From Myxococcota bacterium (GTDB lineage Bacteria; Myxococcota_A; UBA796; UBA2385), in NCBI GenBank assembly GCA_044344255.1, contig JBIJDH010000004.1, positions 192,001-256,000 of the forward strand: a stretch of DNA of 64,000 nucleotides. The letters are read 5' to 3'. Shown here piece by piece: positions 14,334-25,689 of this stretch. The position numbers were made by a program, and so were the translations under genes. The stretch's first letter is position 1; each line of letters opens with the position of its first letter. A model generated the notes under the pieces. That model saw only the letters and a list, made by a program, of their open reading frames with translations. It was not told the DNA's origin and made no database searches.

Positions 14334-15566
14334 TCAGCGCGCGCGCAGGATCTTCACCTCGAGGATGGCCCGCTCGTTCGCCTTGCTCACCGTGATCTTG
14401 TAGGCGCCCTGGGTGACGCCCTCGCCCACGGGCACCACCTTGCCGAGGCGGGAGAGCAGGAAGCCGGCGATGGTCTCGTACTGGCCCTCGGGGAGGATGA
14501 GGCCGGTGGCCTGCTCGAGGTGCTCGGTCTCGGCGCGCCCCGACGCCGTCCACTCGCGCTCGCCCGACTTGCGGACCAGGGCGCCGGAGGGGTCGTCGCC
14601 CTCATCGTCAATTTCGCCCACGATCTCCTCGAGCAGGTCCTCTGCGGTGATCAGCCCGACGGCGCCACCATACTCATCTACGGCCACCGCCATGCGCTGG
14701 CGGTTTCGCCGCATCTCCAGCATGAGCTCGTCTACGCGCTTGGTCTCGGGCACGAAGAAGGCCGGGCGAGCGACCTGGTGGCAAGGGGCGGTCCAATCTT
14801 CAGCGGCGAGGAGGTCCTGGTGCAGGATGATGCCGGTGATGCGGTCTATTCGCTCTTTGTACACGGGGAGGCGGGAGTGGCCGGACTCTGTCATCCGCCG
14901 GGCGGCCTCGGCCACTGAGGCGTTGTGGGGCACGGCCACGACCTCGATGAGGGGTACCATGGCGTCCTCGACCACCGCCTCCGTGAAGGCGAAGACCCGC
15001 TTGATGAGGGCGCGATCGTCGGGCGTGAGCTCCGAGGAATTGGCGGCGTCGGCGCTGTCGAGGAGCAGCTTCAGCTCCTGGCGGGTGATGGCGCGGTCCT
15101 CCTCGACGAAGGAGCCACCGAAGAGGCGGACGACGCGGTCGATCACGAAGAAGAGCGGCGCCAGCAGGAAGGAGATCGCCCGCAGGGGCACGATGATGAA
15201 GGGGACGAGGCGGTCGGCGTGGTGCTGGTAGAGCGCCTTGGGGAGCATCTCGCCGAAGGTGAGGGTGAAGGGGATGAGGAAGAGGGTCGCCACGACGGTG
15301 GGCAGCCCCAGCGACTCGGCGACGAGGTGCGCGGCGAGGGTGGCGCCGCCGAAGAGGCAGAGGTTGGTGCCGAGGAGGCAGGTGCCGAGGGTCCAGGCGG
15401 GGCGCTCGAGCATCGTGAGGGCGAGGCGGGCCCTTCGGCTGCCGGCGTCGGCGTCGGCGCGGAGCTTGAGGCGGTCGGCGGAGACGAGCGCGATCTCCGA
15501 GCCGGAGAAGAAGCCCTGCCCGAGCACACAGGCGGCGATGCCCAGCACGAGGAGCTCGGCGCTCAT
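14334..15566 (-). CDS. CNNM/HlyC-CorC family transporter (DUF21-CBS-CorC)
   Basis: FFSGSEIALVS, GEMLPK, GHSRLPVY, VDEYGGAVGLITAEDLLEEIVGEI, YETIAGF. Confidence 0.93.
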   Translation of the reverse strand: MSAELLVLGIAACVLGQGFFSGSEIALVSADRLKLRADADAGSRRARLALTMLERPAWTLGTCLLGTNLCLFGGATLAAHLVAESLGLPTVVATLFLIPFTLTFGEMLPKALYQHHADRLVPFIIVPLRAISFLLAPLFFVIDRVVRLFGGSFVEEDRAITRQELKLLLDSADAANSSELTPDDRALIKRVFAFTEAVVEDAMVPLIEVVAVPHNASVAEAARRMTESGHSRLPVYKERIDRITGIILHQDLLAAEDWTAPCHQVARPAFFVPETKRVDELMLEMRRNRQRMAVAVDEYGGAVGLITAEDLLEEIVGEIDDEGDDPSGALVRKSGEREWTASGRAETEHLEQATGLILPEGQYETIAGFLLSRLGKVVPVGEGVTQGAYKITVSKANERAILEVKILRAR

Positions 15567-16930
15567 GGCTCAGCCTCCGGGGTGCCGGCCCGGGTCTCGT
15601 CCGACTGGACCGCAGGCAGGTGCACGACCACCTCGGTCACCCGCCGGCTCTCGACCCCCATCACGGCGAAGCGGACGCCGTTCCAGAGCAGCTCTTCGCC
15701 CTTCTCGGGGAGCTTGCCCCACTCGGCGAGGATGAAGCCGCCGAGGGTGTTGTACTCGCCAGCGGGGAGCTCGACGTCGAAGCGGGTGGAGAAGTCGTCG
15801 ACGTCCATGCTGCCCCGCACCTGGAAGACACGGGCGGAGAGCTCCTTGACCTCGGGGTTCTCCTGATCGGTCTCGTCGAGCAGCTCGCCGACGAGCTCGG
15901 CGAGGAGGTCGTCGAGGCTGACGACACCCGCTACGCTGCCGTGCTCGTCGACCACGATGGCCATGTGGAAGCGCTCCTTGCGGAACTCGGCCAGCATGTC
16001 CTCGCTGCGCTTGGTGGTGGGCACGAAGCGGGGCGGGTGGAGGAGGCGCTGGATCTGGCGCAGCCCGGGGGAGAAAGTCTCGTCGCGCCGCTCCTGGAGC
16101 AGGGGGAGGAGGTCCTTGACGAGCAGCACGCCGACGATGTTGTCGGGGCTTCCCTGCCAGACGGGCACGCGGCTGTAGCCGGCGGTGCGGAGCTGGTGGA
16201 GGAGCTCGGGCCAGGGCGTGTTCAGGCGCACGCTGAAGACGTCGGGCCGCGGGGTCATCAGGCGGCTCACGGTCAGGTCTCCGAACTCGAAGACCTTGTG
16301 GATCATCTCCTGCTCCATCGGCATGATGTGGCCGTGCCGGTGGCCCTGATCGATGAGGGCGCGGAGCTGCTCTTCGCGGAGCTCGGCCTCGCGGGGGGCG
16401 GTGCTGCCGCCGGTGAAGCGCAGGGCGGCCTCGGCCACGAGGGTCAGCAGCACCCGGATCGGCGCCACGACGACGCTGAAGGCTCGCAGCGGGACGGCGA
16501 CGATGGGGGCGAGGCTGCGGTTGTTCCGCAGCGCGAAGACCTTGGGGAACATCTCGCCCACGATGAGCAGGATCGGCGGGACGATCACCACGTTCAACCA
16601 GGGCTGGTCAGGGGCGATGTGGAGGAAGAGCCCGGCGGTCACCGTCGACAGGCTGAGGTTGACCACCTCATTGCCGATCAGCAAGGTGGCGAGCGTGCGG
16701 CGCGGGTTGCGGAGCAGGGTGTCTACCCGCGCGCGGGCCTTCTCCGCCATGGATTGGCGGTCCATGGGCTGGAGGCTGAACAGCGCCGTCTCCGAGGCGG
16801 AGAAGAAGGCCGCGCCCAGGAGCAGGAGGACCGCGAGCGCGATGGCGGTGGGCGGATCCGACGGGCCCTCGAAGAGCTCCGAGCTGGACACAACGCCGAG
16901 CAAGGCGGACAAAGAGAGGGCGCTGTTCAC
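15563..16930 (-). CDS. CNNM/HlyC-CorC family transporter (second copy)
   Basis: FFSASETALFSL, GEMFPK, MTPRPDV, GYSRVPV, VDEHGSVAGVVSLDDLLAELVGE, YNTLGGF; 4-bp overlaps with both neighbours. Confidence 0.93.
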   Translation of the reverse strand: MNSALSLSALLGVVSSSELFEGPSDPPTAIALAVLLLLGAAFFSASETALFSLQPMDRQSMAEKARARVDTLLRNPRRTLATLLIGNEVVNLSLSTVTAGLFLHIAPDQPWLNVVIVPPILLIVGEMFPKVFALRNNRSLAPIVAVPLRAFSVVVAPIRVLLTLVAEAALRFTGGSTAPREAELREEQLRALIDQGHRHGHIMPMEQEMIHKVFEFGDLTVSRLMTPRPDVFSVRLNTPWPELLHQLRTAGYSRVPVWQGSPDNIVGVLLVKDLLPLLQERRDETFSPGLRQIQRLLHPPRFVPTTKRSEDMLAEFRKERFHMAIVVDEHGSVAGVVSLDDLLAELVGELLDETDQENPEVKELSARVFQVRGSMDVDDFSTRFDVELPAGEYNTLGGFILAEWGKLPEKGEELLWNGVRFAVMGVESRRVTEVVVHLPAVQSDETRAGTPEAEP

Positions 16931-17892
16931 GCGTCCGCCGAGAAGTGGCTGAACAGCGGGGAGGGCCAGGCGGCGTCGACCAGGTTCACGCGACCATCAT
17001 CGGTGATGTCCCCGATTCGGGTCAAGGGGGTGCCGAGGCGGTGGGCGAGCGCGAGGAGCGCGCCCGCCTGGGACTCTGGGGCGGTGAGCAGCAGCTCGTA
17101 GTCGTCTCCGAAGGCCACTTGGAGGGCGAGGGGCGCTGGACGTGCCGTGTCAGGGCAGGCCTGCAGCGCGGGCCCCCGGGGCAGCGCCGCGGCGGAGACC
17201 CGGGCCCCCACGCCGCTCGCCGCGCAGAGGCGGGGGAGGTCTGCGGCGAGGCCGTCGGAGAGGTCCATCATGGCGGTCGCCAGGCCCGCCTCGGCGAGGG
17301 CGGCGCCGAAGGCCACGGGGGGGCGCGGCCGGCGGAGGGCCGCGAGGCCGGGACCCCCGAAGTAGAAGCCTGCGGCGGCCTCGCCGAGGGAGCCGGTCAC
17401 CCAGAGGCCGTCGCCGGGCCTCGCGCCGCCGCGGGTGACGGGGTGTCGCACGCGCCCGCCCATCGACAGGCCGGCGATGATCGGGCCGGGGCTGCGGGTG
17501 GTGTCTCCGCCGATCAGGGCCACGCCGTAGTGGCGGAGGCCCTCGTGGAGCCCCTCTCGAAAGCCCATGAGCCACGCGGCGGGCGCAGGGCGGGGGAGGC
17601 AGAGGCTTAGCAGGGCCCACAGGGGCTGCCCGCCCATCGCCCCCACGTCGGAGGCGTTGACGGCCACAAGCTTCCAGCCGACATCGGCGGGGTGGAGATG
17701 GTCGTCCCAGTGGACACCCTCCACCATCGTGTCGTGCGTCAGCACCGTGCCATCGCCGAGCACAGCGCCGTCATCCCCCGCGTCTACCCGGATCAGCCCC
17801 TCCAAGGCGGGGAGGCGATCGGTGAGCAGAGCCTGGATGATGTCGCGCTCGTCGAGCGACGGGGGCCAGGCAGGTGGGGGAGGTTCGGACAT
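16927..17892 (-). CDS. thiL: Thiamine-monophosphate kinase
   Basis: GDDGAV, DTMVEGVHW, GWKLVAVNASDVGAMGG, LIGGDTT, MDLSDGL..DL, GDDYELL. Confidence 0.95.
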   Translation of the reverse strand: MSEPPPPAWPPSLDERDIIQALLTDRLPALEGLIRVDAGDDGAVLGDGTVLTHDTMVEGVHWDDHLHPADVGWKLVAVNASDVGAMGGQPLWALLSLCLPRPAPAAWLMGFREGLHEGLRHYGVALIGGDTTRSPGPIIAGLSMGGRVRHPVTRGGARPGDGLWVTGSLGEAAAGFYFGGPGLAALRRPRPPVAFGAALAEAGLATAMMDLSDGLAADLPRLCAASGVGARVSAAALPRGPALQACPDTARPAPLALQVAFGDDYELLLTAPESQAGALLALAHRLGTPLTRIGDITDDGRVNLVDAAWPSPLFSHFSADA

Positions 17893-17925
17893 GGGGCCGG
17901 GAACGAGGAGCGGCCTCGTATCCTG

Positions 17926-19968
17926 TCAAGGGTCGGCCGGCTGCTCCGGGGCGCTGTCACCGCCATCGGCCGTCCAGGGGCGGAGCTCATCACCGCGGAT
18001 GGTCAGCACCATCAGCTTGCGCTCGACGTCGCGGAGCTCGCCGAAGCCGGCGCCGCCGCCGACGGGGTGGTCGATGCGGGTCTTCAGGAGCTCTTCTCGG
18101 ATCTTCGCCCGGTTCGTACCCCCGGCGCTGACCGCGGCGCTGGCGATGCGGGTGACGTCCCAGGTGATGGCGTCGAGCACGTCCGGGCGGCGGTTGAAGT
18201 GGCTCTTGTAGGTCTCGACAAAGGCGCGGATGTCGGCCTTGTTGCTGCCCGACCAGAAGGCGTCGACGAGCACGCCCCCTTGCATGTAGTCGCCGCCGGC
18301 GCGGGCGGTGTCGGGGCTGTTCCAGCCGTTGAGCCCCATCAGCAGCACGGGGTCCATCCCCCACTGGGGCCGAAATTTTCCAACCGGGAACTCCTGGAAG
18401 GCGAGGGCGCTGGCGATGAGGGCCGCGCGCTGCCCGGAGTCGGGGATGAAGATCGCGTCGAAGGCGATGCTCGGGGGCAGCACGACCTTGCTGGGGTCCT
18501 GGCCCTTGGCCTTGGCGGCGGCGCGCAGGCGGGCGAGCTCGGCGGAGCCCGCCTTTTGGTCGCGGGCCGAGAGCTCTCGCGCGGCGGGGAGGAAGGAGCG
18601 GGAGGCGGGATCGTAGCCGACGGTGCGCGGCACCTCTCCGCCCCGCTTGGTGACCTCGGCGACGAAGGCGTCGCGGCTGGCGAGGCCGTAGGCGTTGTTC
18701 GGGTGCATGACGGCGAAGCGCCGCATGCTCCGCTGCCCCATCACGTGATCGAGGAGGGCCCCGACCTGCTGCTCCACCGGGAGGAAGCCGCGGAAGGCGA
18801 AGTCGCCCACCGAGGCCGGATCCTGTCCCTGGTTGAGCGTGATGATCGGCACCCCGAGGGAGTCGGCGGCCTCGGCCACTGGGCGGAGGTGCTCCTTCAA
18901 CAGGGGGCCGATGAGGGCGACGCAGCCCTTCTGGAGCACGAGCTGCTCGACGGCGGGTACGGGGTCGCCGCCCACGTCGCCCGTGTTGAGGAAGACGAGC
19001 TCGAGCTTGGCTCCGCTCCGCTGGTTGGCCAGCTCCATGTCGGCCTTGAGGCGCGCGGCGATCGAGGCGTAGTCGCCCGCCTCGGGCAGGAGCACGCCCA
19101 CCCGGCCGGCCACGGCGGGGTCCTTGGCGGCGGCGCGCTTCTGGAGCCCCTCGGCCATCCGCTTCACCCGTCCCTCGGGGCCGTTGGCGAGCAGCTCCTT
19201 GGCGCTGGCGGCGGCCTCGTCGAAGCGGTCGGCCTCGAGCAGGTCACGGATGCGCTCGACGGCCTGCTCCTCTTCGGTGCCACCCCGGCTGGCGCTGGCG
19301 GGGGGAGGGGCCCCGCTGGCGCCGTTGGCCACGATGTCGCCGACCTCTCCCTGGACGCGGGCGAGGACCTCGGGATCGGCGGCGGCGTATTGGACGGACT
19401 TCTCGGCGAGGGCCCGGACCTCGGCGGCGCTGGCCTTGTCTGCGGCGGCGACCCGGGCGAGGATGCGGTAGCGATCGGCGTTCAGGGTGTCGGGGACGTG
19501 CTTTGCGCTCGTGGCCTGCAGGCGAACGAGCCCCTTGCCGCTGGGGTCCTTCTTGTCGGCGTCGACCACCGCCATGCCGAGCAGAGCGGCCTCCTTGAGC
19601 GGGCCCGAGGGGTAGGCGGCGGCGAGCTGCTCGAACCAGGATCGGGCGACCGATCGGTCACCGGCGAGTCGGCGCTGCTCGCCCGCGTAGAGCATGGCCC
19701 AGGGGCGCACCTTCTCGTCGGCCTCGCCGGTCAGGTACTCCTCGAGGAGCCCGACGGCCGCTCGCCGATCGCTGCCCGCCTTCTCGAGCGCGTCTTCGAT
19801 GAGGGGCGGCGGCTTGGCCTGGGTCTTGGCCGACCACGCCGGCCCGGCGGACAGGGCCGAGACGAGCGCGAGGAGGAGCAGCGCGGCACGACCCGCGCTC
19901 CAGAGGCGGCGCCCGGGGGGCTGGGCGGGCGCGGAGGGCCAGGGAGTCAGGGGAGCGGTGAGCTTCAC
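17926..19968 (-). CDS. Periplasmic TPR plus type-1 PBP-fold protein (LpoA/penicillin-binding-protein-activator-like)
   Basis: Signal peptide, helical TPR-like N-terminal half, then VGVLLPEAGDY, LIGPLL, HPNNAYG, FDAIFIPD, LMGLNGWNS. Confidence 0.8.
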   Translation of the reverse strand: MKLTAPLTPWPSAPAQPPGRRLWSAGRAALLLLALVSALSAGPAWSAKTQAKPPPLIEDALEKAGSDRRAAVGLLEEYLTGEADEKVRPWAMLYAGEQRRLAGDRSVARSWFEQLAAAYPSGPLKEAALLGMAVVDADKKDPSGKGLVRLQATSAKHVPDTLNADRYRILARVAAADKASAAEVRALAEKSVQYAAADPEVLARVQGEVGDIVANGASGAPPPASASRGGTEEEQAVERIRDLLEADRFDEAAASAKELLANGPEGRVKRMAEGLQKRAAAKDPAVAGRVGVLLPEAGDYASIAARLKADMELANQRSGAKLELVFLNTGDVGGDPVPAVEQLVLQKGCVALIGPLLKEHLRPVAEAADSLGVPIITLNQGQDPASVGDFAFRGFLPVEQQVGALLDHVMGQRSMRRFAVMHPNNAYGLASRDAFVAEVTKRGGEVPRTVGYDPASRSFLPAARELSARDQKAGSAELARLRAAAKAKGQDPSKVVLPPSIAFDAIFIPDSGQRAALIASALAFQEFPVGKFRPQWGMDPVLLMGLNGWNSPDTARAGGDYMQGGVLVDAFWSGSNKADIRAFVETYKSHFNRRPDVLDAITWDVTRIASAAVSAGGTNRAKIREELLKTRIDHPVGGGAGFGELRDVERKLMVLTIRGDELRPWTADGGDSAPEQPADP

Positions 19969-19983
19969 GGAGCGTCCGATGCT

Positions 19984-21057
19984 TCAGGTGCGCGCGCGGA
20001 GGGCGTCGTCGTACTGTCTTCGTCGCGGGTGGGCGTCGGCGCCGAGCTGCGACGACAAGGCCGACAGGGCGCGCCGCTGCTCGGCGTTGAGCTCGGCGGG
20101 CACCTCGACGTTGACCTTGATGTGCAGATCGCCCGTCCGTCGACCGTCCAAGTCGGGGAGGCCTCGCCCGCTCAGGCGGAACACCTTGCCCGACGGCGTG
20201 CCGGCCGGGATGCGGATCGTGGTGCGGCCCTCGAGCGTGGGGACCACGAGATCTGTGCCCATCGCGGCCTCGGCGAAGAGCAGGGGCACGTCACAGAAGA
20301 GGTCAGCGCCGCGGCGGCGAAACAGTTCGTGATCGGTCACATTGACGAGCACGTAGAGGTCACCCGGGGGGCCGCCGCCGCGGGGCACGTTGCCCTTCCC
20401 GCGGAGCTTTAGCTTCTGACCGGTGGCCACCCCCGGGGGGACACGGATCTTCAGCCGCTCCAGGTTCTCTCGGGTGCCGGAGCCGCTGCAGGTGCCGCAC
20501 TTCTTGATCATCCGCCAGCCTCGGCCGTCGCAGCGCGGGCAGTCCGCGCGGAAGATGCGGCGGGTGGCTGACTTCCCGGTGCCGGTGCAGGCCTCACAGG
20601 CGGCGCGCCCCTCGTCGGGATCGGCGCCGGTGCCCTCACACTTCCGACAGGCGGACTGCCGGCGGAGGTCGATGGTCCGCTCGGCCCCCTGCACCACGTC
20701 TTCGAGGCTCACCGAGAGGGTGTACTTGAGGTCGTCGCCGCGGTCGTCGGGGCGCTTCTTACGAAACAAGCCGGAGAGGGCGTCGGAGACGAAGTCGTTG
20801 AGGTCGTCCGGCGAGGGCGGCCGGCCGTCGGGGCGGAAGAAGGGGCCCAGGCGGTCGTATCGCGTGCGCTGCTCGGGATCGGAGAGGACCTTGTAGGCTT
20901 CGGCCACCTCTCGGAAACGGTCATCCGCCTCGGGATCATCCGGCCGACGGTCCGGATGGAATTCCATCGCCAGGCCTCGAAAGGCCTTCTTGATCTCGTC
21001 CGGAGCGGCCGAGCGGGGGACACCGAGGACGGCGTAGTAGTCACGTCGGGAGGGCAA
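19984..21057 (-). CDS. dnaJ: DnaJ co-chaperone
   Basis: RDYYAVLGV, HPD motif, four CxxCxGxG repeats, C-terminal GDLYV/VPTLEG/GRGLP. Confidence 0.95.
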   Translation of the reverse strand: MPSRRDYYAVLGVPRSAAPDEIKKAFRGLAMEFHPDRRPDDPEADDRFREVAEAYKVLSDPEQRTRYDRLGPFFRPDGRPPSPDDLNDFVSDALSGLFRKKRPDDRGDDLKYTLSVSLEDVVQGAERTIDLRRQSACRKCEGTGADPDEGRAACEACTGTGKSATRRIFRADCPRCDGRGWRMIKKCGTCSGSGTRENLERLKIRVPPGVATGQKLKLRGKGNVPRGGGPPGDLYVLVNVTDHELFRRRGADLFCDVPLLFAEAAMGTDLVVPTLEGRTTIRIPAGTPSGKVFRLSGRGLPDLDGRRTGDLHIKVNVEVPAELNAEQRRALSALSSQLGADAHPRRRQYDDALRART

Positions 21058-21088
21058 TCGGGGCCTCCGTTATGCCGGGCGGCAGCGG

Positions 21089-22978
<1,890 letters not shown>

Positions 22979-23012
22979 GTCTCCGTTTGAGAGGGACCCG
23001 TTTGTACCACGG

Positions 23013-24074
23013 TCAGGGCAGCGCCGATCCAGCAGGGTCCGCGTCGATGTTGTCAGGCACCTGTGAAGAGGGCGCGGGCGGGGCCGTCGCCGAGGGGGCA
23101 GGCGCCAGCGCGGGGGCGGCCACGCTCACTCGGGCCGCGCGCAGCAGGCGCCCGTGCAGGGTGTAGCCGGCGGAGAGCTCGGCCTGGATGGTGCCTTCGG
23201 GGTGATCGGCGGACGGCACCCGCTGCATCGCCTCATGGAACTCCGGCTGGAACGGGGTGCCGGGGGTGGCGAGGATGCGCTGGGCCCCCGTGCGCTCGAT
23301 GGTGCGGCGGAGCTGCTCGGCGATCATCTGCACACCCTGGAGCACGCGGGCGGCGTCGGAGGATGCGTGCTGCAGCGCCATCTGGAGGTTGTCCTGGACG
23401 GGGAAGAGCTCGAGCAAGAGCGGGCTGGCGGCGAAGCGGCGGGCCTCCTCGACCTCGGACTTCCGGCGGTCGTTGAGGCGCTTGACGTCGGCCATCGAGC
23501 GTTCGAGGGCCTCCCGGGCGTTCTTGGCGGCGTCTTCGGCGGCGGCGCGAGCGTCCTGGGCGAGGCGGGCGGCGTGCTCCGCGCGCTGGATGCGATCGTT
23601 GGCGCGCAGCAGGATGGCGCCGGCTCGTTTCCGCTCGCCGATCTCGGCCTGCAGGGAGGCCTCGAGGGCCTCGATCCGACCCCGGGCTTGTGCGAGCTCG
23701 GCGCGTCCCTCGGCCAGCTCGGCGAGGAGGCCCTGGATGGCCTCCGGCCCGTCGCCTCCGTCCCGCTCGAGCCCGACGACGATGTCGCCGTCGGTCAGGC
23801 CGTCACCCTCGGGGTCGACGACCAGGTCGTCGAGGTCGAATTCGATCGGCGATGTGGCGCGGCTGGGCTCTGCGGCGCGGGGATCGGGGCTGACCGGCTC
23901 TGGGCTGCGGTTCGACCGGCGGGCGTCCACGGCGGCGAGGGCGGCGGCGAGCAGATCGTCACCGCCGGCGATCGACAACATGGGCCCGTCTTCTGAGGGG
24001 GGACGGGTCGAGCCGGTCGGCCGAAACGCGGGGTGGACCTTGACTGCCTTGGCGAGCTCGTTGGACATGGTCAT
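23013..24074 (-). CDS. grpE: Nucleotide exchange factor GrpE with long N-terminal extension
   Basis: [47 protein letters not shown]; directly upstream of dnaK. Confidence 0.9.
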   Translation of the reverse strand: MTMSNELAKAVKVHPAFRPTGSTRPPSEDGPMLSIAGGDDLLAAALAAVDARRSNRSPEPVSPDPRAAEPSRATSPIEFDLDDLVVDPEGDGLTDGDIVVGLERDGGDGPEAIQGLLAELAEGRAELAQARGRIEALEASLQAEIGERKRAGAILLRANDRIQRAEHAARLAQDARAAAEDAAKNAREALERSMADVKRLNDRRKSEVEEARRFAASPLLLELFPVQDNLQMALQHASSDAARVLQGVQMIAEQLRRTIERTGAQRILATPGTPFQPEFHEAMQRVPSADHPEGTIQAELSAGYTLHGRLLRAARVSVAAPALAPAPSATAPPAPSSQVPDNIDADPAGSALP

Positions 24075-24248
24075 GCTCGATAGCGTTGGGACCCGAACGA
24101 TCCCGCGAGTGAGCCCCGTGGAATGTCACGGCGACGGTCCCTTTTCCCATTCCGAGCCCGGCATGTCAAGGCCATTGTCAAGAGTGGCCCATCGACAGCA
24201 CATCAACTGGCGCCGAACCTGCCCGGCGGAGGCCGCCGTCGGGGCCGC

Positions 24249-25679
24249 TCAGCGCCCGGACGCCGCGCCGCCCCCGCCTTCGTCACCCTCGTCCCCGTCT
24301 TCGTCCTCGAGGTATCCGAGGGCGCGGAGCTGCTCCAGATCGGCCTCTGAAGCCTGGGACTCCCAAGTGAGCTGACGCGCCTCGTAGCCCTCCCGCAGCT
24401 CGTTCATCTTCCGTTGGAAGTGTTCGGCCCGAACCGGCTCATCGTGGAAGAGGTCCTCGGACTGGGCGAGGTCTGAGCTGCGGTAGAGCTCCTCCCTCCC
24501 TTCCGGCTCGGTGACGTCACCCGGGAAGGACTGGATGTAGATCCAGCCCTCCGTGGTGATCCGGGACTTGTTGGCGCCGCCGTAGCGGGTGACCGAGAGG
24601 GAATCGCGCACGCGGGTGATGCGGCGCTTGCCCTGGACCTCCTCTTTCAGCGAGACCCCGTCGAGGCTGGCGTCGCGCTCGATGCCCACGAGGTCGAGGA
24701 CGGTGGGAGCCACGTCGATGCTGCGGGCGAGGCCCTCCACCACGTTGTCGGGGCCGACGCGGCTGCCGTGGAGGATCCACGGCACCTTGAGGTTCCCGTT
24801 GTAGAGGCGACGGGCGTGGTTGGAGCCGGCCCGCTTGGGGATCCGCAGCCCCTCGCCGTGGTCGCCCACGAACACGAGGAGGCGGTCTTCGCGCCCCATG
24901 TCCGTCAGGGCGCGGTCGAGGTCGCGGACGTGCTCGTCGACGAGGGTGACGGCGGCGTCGTACTGATCGACGAGGTTGTAACGGAAGGGGCTGAGGCCCA
25001 GGCTGGCCCGCCGCCAACCCAGCCAGTCCAGCGGGCGGTGGGTGTCGACCAGCACCACCATGCCGTAGAGCTTGCCCTCCACCTCGCGGGCCTTCTCGAC
25101 GAAGGTGTCAATCACGTCGTCCCCGTCGATCTTGTCGATGCGACCCTGCCAGACGGTGCCCGTGTCGTCGTAGCTGTCGAAGCCTTGACCGAAGCCGAAG
25201 CGGGCGTTGGCGTTCGGGTTCGAGGTGACCCCGATCGTGTGCCAGCCGTCGGCCTGGAAGCGCTCGGCGGTGGTCTGGATCTCGGGGGAGATGCCGCGGT
25301 TGAAGCCCACCTCCTGGTCTTTGATGTCTACACCGAGCCGGAGCGGGTGGGCGCCGGTGACGAGCGCGCCGATGCCGGGGCGGGTCCACGGAGCGTTGGA
25401 GAGCATCTCGTCGAAGCGTGTGCCCGACCGGGCCAGGGCGTCGATGTAGGGCGAGGTGTCCCGCGTGTTGCCGTAGGCTCCGAGGCGCTCGGCGCGCATG
25501 GTGCAAGCGACCACCATGATCACGGTCTTCGGACGCCCGGCCCCGACGTCGGAGGGCTCGATCTGGGGCGGATCGCCGCACGCGAGGAGGGCCGCGCCAG
25601 CGAGGATCGGGCCGAGCCCTCGAGTGAGCAGGGCGGATCGGCTGGGCTTCAACGGAGGGGCGGGGGGAGGGGTCGGCAT
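24249..25679 (-). CDS. Sulfatase-like (alkaline-phosphatase superfamily) lipoprotein
   Basis: Lipobox LLAC; TSPYIDALA, APWTRPG...LVTG, GFGQGFDSY, YDAAV..VD, GDHGEG, IDVAPTVLDL; C-terminal LRALGYL. Confidence 0.85.
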   Translation of the reverse strand: MPTPPPAPPLKPSRSALLTRGLGPILAGAALLACGDPPQIEPSDVGAGRPKTVIMVVACTMRAERLGAYGNTRDTSPYIDALARSGTRFDEMLSNAPWTRPGIGALVTGAHPLRLGVDIKDQEVGFNRGISPEIQTTAERFQADGWHTIGVTSNPNANARFGFGQGFDSYDDTGTVWQGRIDKIDGDDVIDTFVEKAREVEGKLYGMVVLVDTHRPLDWLGWRRASLGLSPFRYNLVDQYDAAVTLVDEHVRDLDRALTDMGREDRLLVFVGDHGEGLRIPKRAGSNHARRLYNGNLKVPWILHGSRVGPDNVVEGLARSIDVAPTVLDLVGIERDASLDGVSLKEEVQGKRRITRVRDSLSVTRYGGANKSRITTEGWIYIQSFPGDVTEPEGREELYRSSDLAQSEDLFHDEPVRAEHFQRKMNELREGYEARQLTWESQASEADLEQLRALGYLEDEDGDEGDEGGGGAASGR

Positions 25680-25689
25680 GGCGGCTCGC

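Noticed and set aside
14334..16930. Tandem hemolysin/toxin genes
   Set aside because: The domain content is that of CNNM/CorC Mg2+ transport proteins; tandem pairs are common.
24100..24248. CIRCE (HrcA) or HAIR (HspR) operator upstream of grpE
   Set aside because: Only a partial GAGTG half-site is present; no matching inverted arm at the required spacing.
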